From contig CAWEYL010000004.1 in NCBI GenBank assembly GCA_963813335.1, forward strand, positions 64,001-128,000: a stretch of 64,000 nucleotides of DNA. The letters are read 5' to 3'. The position numbers and the translations under genes were made by a program. This document shows positions 59,650 to 64,000 of this stretch, one piece after another. Origin of the DNA: an uncultured Chloroflexia bacterium (GTDB taxonomy: Bacteria; Chloroflexota; Limnocylindria; Limnocylindrales; CSP1-4). A model generated the notes under the pieces. The model did not search any database, was not told the DNA's origin, and saw only the letters and a program-made list of their open reading frames with translations. Position 1 is the stretch's first letter; the number at the start of each line of letters is the position of its first letter.

Positions 59650-61264
59650 CTGACCGCACCGGCTGGCGAGCGACGAGCGAGCACGAAGTCGGTCCGGGCC
59701 GCCCTGCGCCGCGCCAGCGAGGACCTGCCGAATCTCGGGCGTCTCGCCGTCGGCCCATGGGCCGGCGTGGCGATCGGCCTCGTCATCGGGACGATCGCGA
59801 TCTTCGTGAAGGCCGGGCTCAACGCGATCGTCGGCGGCGAGACCGGCTTCATCGTCCTGACCGGCGCGGTCGCCATCTCCGCCTGGGTCGGCGGCCTGAC
59901 CGGTGGGCTGACCGCGACGATCCTGGCCGGGATCGCGAATTCGGCGCTCTTCGTCGGGCTGGACGGAACGCAGTTCGAGCTGACGACGATCGATGTCGCT
60001 CGCCTGATGCTGTACATGGCCGGCGGCACCGTGGTCTCCATCCTGATGGCATCGCTGCGGTCGTCGCGGGACCGCCTCGCCCAGACCCTCACGGAGGTCG
60101 GCGTCGATGGCGTCCGACCTGGAGCGCCGCGACGAGCGCCTCGAGCTCGTGCTGGCGGCCTCCGGCACCGGGTTCTGGGAGTGGGACATCCGCTCCGGCG
60201 ACCTGCTCTGGTCCGAGGCGATCTTCCGCCAGCACGGACTCGAGCCGACCGCGGGATCGCCCTCGTACGCTCGCTATCTGGAGACGATCCACCCCGACGA
60301 TCGCGCCGGCTTCCAGGCGGCGATCGACGCCGCCCTCGCCGGCGGACCGCCGCTCGACCTTCGATTCCGGCTCGTCTGGCTCGACGGCTCGATCCACTGG
60401 ACCCACGGGGTCGGCCGGGTCTTCCGCGACGCGAGCGGCGAGCCGGTCCGGATGGTCGGCACCGGCCAGGACATCACCGAGGCCCGCCGGCTCGAGGCGG
60501 AGCGCGACCAGCTGCTGCTGGACGAGCGCCGGGCCGGGGCGTTCCGCGAGGCGTTCCTCGACGTCATCTCGCACGAGCTACGGACGCCGATCACCACGAT
60601 CCTCGGCCTGACCCAGATCCTCTCCAAGCCCGGGCGCGTGACCACGCCCGAGGAGCAGGCCGGGCTCATCGACGACATCTCCCAGGAATCGGAGCGGCTC
60701 CACCGCCTGGTGGAGGACCTGCTGGTGCTGACCCGCGCCGAGCGCGGCGAGTTCGCGATCGAATCCGAGCCGCTCGAGCTGCGCCGCCTGCTCACCCGCG
60801 TGGTCGAGCGCGAGAGCCTGCGCCTGCCCAGCCTGCAGATCGAGACCGACATCCCGCGCGACCTGCCGGTCGTGGCCGGCGAGGACATCTACGTGGAGCA
60901 GATCGTCCGGAACATGCTCGGTAATGCCGCCAAGTACACGCCCATCGGCACCCACGTCATCGTCCGCGCGGAAGCCGACGGTGACGATGTCGCGATCCGC
61001 ATCCTCGATTCGGGGCCCGGCATCGACGAGGCGGCCGCCGCTCGCGCCTTCGAGCTGTTCTACCGCGACCCCTCCCGGGCGCGGGCCGTCGCCGGATCGG
61101 GCATCGGGCTCTTCGTGTGCGCCAGCCTGGTCGAGGCGATGGGCGGGAGGATCTGGGCCGTCCAGCGCCCGGAGGGCGGATCCGAGTTCGGGTTCACGCT
61201 GCGCGGCCTGCCCGACGACGAGACCGCGCCCCTGACACCGCCCGTCGGGGCCGTCTCGGCCTGA
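59650..61264 (+). CDS. Sensor histidine kinase (DUF4118-like TM, PAS, HisKA, HATPase); frameshift near 60107
   Basis: TM region in the 59767 frame, then GTGFWEWD..IHPDDR PAS, SHELRTP, NAAKY, DSGPG and GSGIGL; start uncertain. Confidence 0.82.
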
Positions 61265-61426
61265 CACCCGCTCGGCCCATCCGGCTGACAGGCCGTTGAT
61301 AGGCCATCGGCCGTCCCCGTAGCGGGCTGCGACGGGCGCACCACCGACAGTGGCGACTGCCCGATCCGGGCCGACCGTCCCAGACGGGCCACGGTCCCCC
61401 AACGCCGGATCGGCTGGAGGTTTCAG

Positions 61427-61705
61427 ATGGGAATCATCGCGTGGATCGTCCTCGGGGCGATCGCCGGCTACATCGCCGGCTTCCTGGTCACGGGCGACGA
61501 GGGCCTCGGCGTCATCGGGCACATCGTGCTCGGCATCGTCGGCGCGCTCGTGGGCGGCTTCCTGGCCACCATCCTGTTCAACTCGAACCCGATCGACGGG
61601 CCGTTCGACCTGAGCTCGATCGTCGTCTCGGTCATCGGCGCGATCGTCGTCGTGCTCGTCGTGGGCGCGGTGAACGGCCGGGGTCGCGTCGGCCGAGGCA
61701 TCTAG
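61427..61705 (+). CDS. GlsB/YeaQ/YmgE transglycosylase-associated stress protein
   Basis: MGIIAWIVLGAIAG..LGIVGALVGG; GGAGG SD. Confidence 0.9.
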   Translation: MGIIAWIVLGAIAGYIAGFLVTGDEGLGVIGHIVLGIVGALVGGFLATILFNSNPIDGPFDLSSIVVSVIGAIVVVLVVGAVNGRGRVGRGI

Positions 61706-61707
61706 CG

Positions 61708-61902
61708 ATGGACGACGTGAAGAAGGTCGTTCGCGACGTCGAGCAAGACGCCAAGGAGACCTGGCGCAAGATCGACGGCGACGAGGATCTGAAGGACAAG
61801 GCCGGCAACGCCGGCGACGAGATGCGCAAGGACCTCGGGAATGCCGGCGACGACCTGGAGCGCCGCGCCGAGCAGGAACGAGATCGTCAGCCCTCACGCT
61901 GA
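61708..61902 (+). CDS. Small hydrophilic protein (CsbD/LEA-like)
   Basis: MDDVKKVVRDVEQDAKETWR.. with an internal GNAGD repeat. Confidence 0.6.
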   Translation: MDDVKKVVRDVEQDAKETWRKIDGDEDLKDKAGNAGDEMRKDLGNAGDDLERRAEQERDRQPSR

Positions 61903-62031
61903 CGCTCGTCCACCATGGCGACCCCCGACCACCCGGTCGGGGGTCGTTCGCGTGCCACGCGTTCCATGGTGAGGCGCCACGCCGATGCAACGGGACCCCG
62001 CGAGCCGAACGCACGGCTGACGCGCCACCGG

Positions 62032-62724
62032 ATGGACCCTTTGGCCATGGGGGCCCGCACGCCGGATGACTCGTTCCTGGAGGTGATCGCGCACGAGCTG
62101 CGCACGCCGGTCACGACGATCTATGCCGCCGCCTACGTCCTGGCCGCGGACCGGCTCGAGCGCGGCGCCCGCCAGGCGCTCGCGGCAGACCTCGTCGCCG
62201 AATCGGAGCGCCTGTACCGCCTGGTCGAGGACCTGCTGGTCTTCGGCCAGGCCATCTCCGCCATCGGCAGCGCGCATGAGCCGGTCCTGCTCAGCCGGGT
62301 CGTCCTCGAGGTGATCGACCAGGAGCGGCTGCTGCTGGGGGGCCACCGGATCGTGTTCACCGGCCCCCGCGACGCGGTCGCCGGATCGGCGGACGAGACC
62401 CTGGTGCGCCACGTGGTGCGCAACCTGCTTGACAATGCGATCCGCTACACCCCGCTCGGGGGACGGGTCGACGTGGTCATCCACCAGACGGCGGACGAGG
62501 TCATGGTGCGGGTCCTCGACGGCAGCCGACACGGTCCGTCCGCCGCCGCGAAGACCGCGTTGGAGATCACGACCGATCGGAGCAGCGCGGCGAGGCGAGC
62601 GGGAGCAGGGCTGCGCCTCCACGTCGCGGGGCGCCTGGCAACGGCCATGGGCGGACGGACCTGGGCCCGTCCCCGCAACGGGGCCGGGTCGGAGTTCGGT
62701 TTTGCGCTACCGCGGAGCGCCTGA
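62032..62724 (+). CDS. Sensor-less HisKA-HATPase protein with degenerate ATP-binding boxes
   Basis: AHELRTP and NAIRY intact; DGSRHG at G1 and GAGLRL at G2; start uncertain. Confidence 0.72.
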   Translation: MDPLAMGARTPDDSFLEVIAHELRTPVTTIYAAAYVLAADRLERGARQALAADLVAESERLYRLVEDLLVFGQAISAIGSAHEPVLLSRVVLEVIDQERLLLGGHRIVFTGPRDAVAGSADETLVRHVVRNLLDNAIRYTPLGGRVDVVIHQTADEVMVRVLDGSRHGPSAAAKTALEITTDRSSAARRAGAGLRLHVAGRLATAMGGRTWARPRNGAGSEFGFALPRSA

Positions 62725-62815
62725 CCTCCTTCGCCGGCGCTGCGTCAGGATCGGTCCATTCGCTGGTCGGGGTCGGACCTGTCAGACTCGCGCCTCGCAC
62801 TGAGGGGTCGCGTCC

Positions 62816-63487
62816 GTGGTCGAGGGGTCCGTCCTCCGCCTGTTCACGTTCCGCGCCGTCCGTCCAGCGTTCGACGAGATCCTGCGCCATGACCTGGTGC
62901 CGGACCTCAGCGCCCAGCCGGGGATCCTGGACTGCTACAGCGGCCGCCAGGGACCCGAGGAGATCGGGCCGCGGATCGTCTCGACAGTCTGGCGCGATCA
63001 CGCCTCGATGATCGCCGCGGTGGGCCAGGAGCTGGGCCAGGGGCCCTTCCACCCCGAGCTGCTGGAGGAGACGACCGACCGCGTCCTCGAGGTGTTGCCC
63101 ATCCGAGTAGCCGCCACGGCGGAACTGGTCGAGCACCGGGCGCCGAAGATCCTGCGCACGCTCCGGGGCCGGGTCGGGCATATCGGACTCGGCGATTACC
63201 TCGCGGACGTCGAGGTGGGCACGTTCGCCGATATCACGGCCGGCATCGGCCCGACCGCGCTCTACGTCGCTGAAATGGCGCCGGATCGCTTCATCACGCT
63301 CTCGGCGTGGCGCGACTGGCCCGATATCGAGCGGGCCACCGGCGGCAATGTCCACCAGCCGCGGACCACGCGCCACCTCGAGCACCTGGTCGAGTGGGAC
63401 GTGGCGCACTACGAGATCGTCCAGAGCTCGTGGGACCCGGCCTCGGAGACCGCCCGCTCGCCAGGCGGCGATCCGGCCCGGGCCTAG
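62816..63487 (+). CDS. Hypothetical protein, possible tandem ABM-like (dimeric alpha-beta barrel) domains
   Basis: Two similar halves containing STVWRD and LSAWRD. Confidence 0.55.
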   Translation: MVEGSVLRLFTFRAVRPAFDEILRHDLVPDLSAQPGILDCYSGRQGPEEIGPRIVSTVWRDHASMIAAVGQELGQGPFHPELLEETTDRVLEVLPIRVAATAELVEHRAPKILRTLRGRVGHIGLGDYLADVEVGTFADITAGIGPTALYVAEMAPDRFITLSAWRDWPDIERATGGNVHQPRTTRHLEHLVEWDVAHYEIVQSSWDPASETARSPGGDPARA

Positions 63488-64000
63488 AGGGCCAGCGGGT
63501 CCGTCTTGTCGGGGTCGATGCCCAGCTCGCGGATCGCCTTCGCGGCCTTCGACGGGGCCAGCGCGCCGCAGCGCGCCAGCTCCGACGAGCGTGGCGGCCG
63601 CGATGCTGCGGTGGGTCGATCTCGAACAGCGACCGCAGGTTCTCGCGGGTGTCGCTGCGCCCGAACCCGTCCGTCCCCAGCGAGACGTACTGGGCGGGCA
63701 GCCAGCGCGAGACCATGTCGGGCAGGGTGCTCATCCAGTCGGTGGCGGCGACGATCGGGCCGCCGTCCGCGGTGAGGATCGTGCTCACGTACGGCACCCG
63801 CGGCGTCTTCGCGTCCGGGTGGAGCCGGTTCCAGCGCTCCGCCTCGATCGCGTCGCGGCGGAGCAGCGGGAACGAGGGCGCGCTGTAGACCTCCGCGGCC
63901 ACGCCGTACTTCTCGGCGAGGAGGTCGCGCGCGGCGATGACCTGCTGCAGGATCGAGCCCGAGCCGACCAGCCGGGCCGGGTGGGCGTCGCGCCCGAGCT
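63484..64000 (-). CDS. aceE: Pyruvate dehydrogenase E1, 3' part (runs off window; indels near 63580-63610)
   Basis: GSGSILQQ, VAATDW, LGTDGFGRSDTRENLRSLFEID and terminal GIDPDKTDP. Confidence 0.9.
   Translation of the reverse strand, partial: ARARRPPGPAGRLGLDPAAGHRRARPPRREVRRGRGGLQRALVPAAPPRRDRGGALEPAPPGREDAAGAVREHDPHRGRRPDRRRHRLDEHPARHGLALAARPVRLAGDGRVRAQRHPREPAVAVRDRPTAASRPPRSSELARCGALAPSKAAKAIRELGIDPDKTDPLAL

Overview
High-GC bacterial window. Gene content and the Ser/Pro/Thr-linker lipoproteins suggest Chloroflexota (e.g. Ca. Limnocylindria) or an actinobacterium-like organism; this is an inference. It holds about 60 genes, mostly housekeeping or metabolic: metal homeostasis (CDF exporter, Fur/Zur-type regulator with a Zn/Mn ABC importer), a sugar-acid/galactose cluster with kynU inside it, a class A PBP, two sulfite-oxidase-family enzymes, a DUF3090/SCO1664 pair, a TM0106 nuclease-helicase, two PQQ-type sugar dehydrogenases, a stress-gene group with two histidine kinases, and the 3' end of aceE. 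I saw no rRNA, tRNA, CRISPR array, integrase or transposase. The most striking feature is at msrA. Its last ~30 codons, including the C-terminal GYC cysteine motif, recur as decayed direct repeats at 8103-8192 and ~8905-9004, with shorter possible remnants at ~9687 and ~12472. The clear copies are each separated by a single cargo gene. This looks like a cassette-stacking locus that uses the msrA 3' end as the entry point and opens a ~10 kb accessory region. Other signals: widespread leaderless promoters (TANNNT + 6 nt + start codon), a probable AUA start coupled to an upstream stop codon, a ~200 bp inverted-repeat element at 17.0-17.2 kb, and a candidate ~130 nt sRNA at 57.7-57.85 kb. Many single-base frameshifts from 33 kb onward look like long-read indel errors and create false fusions and splits.
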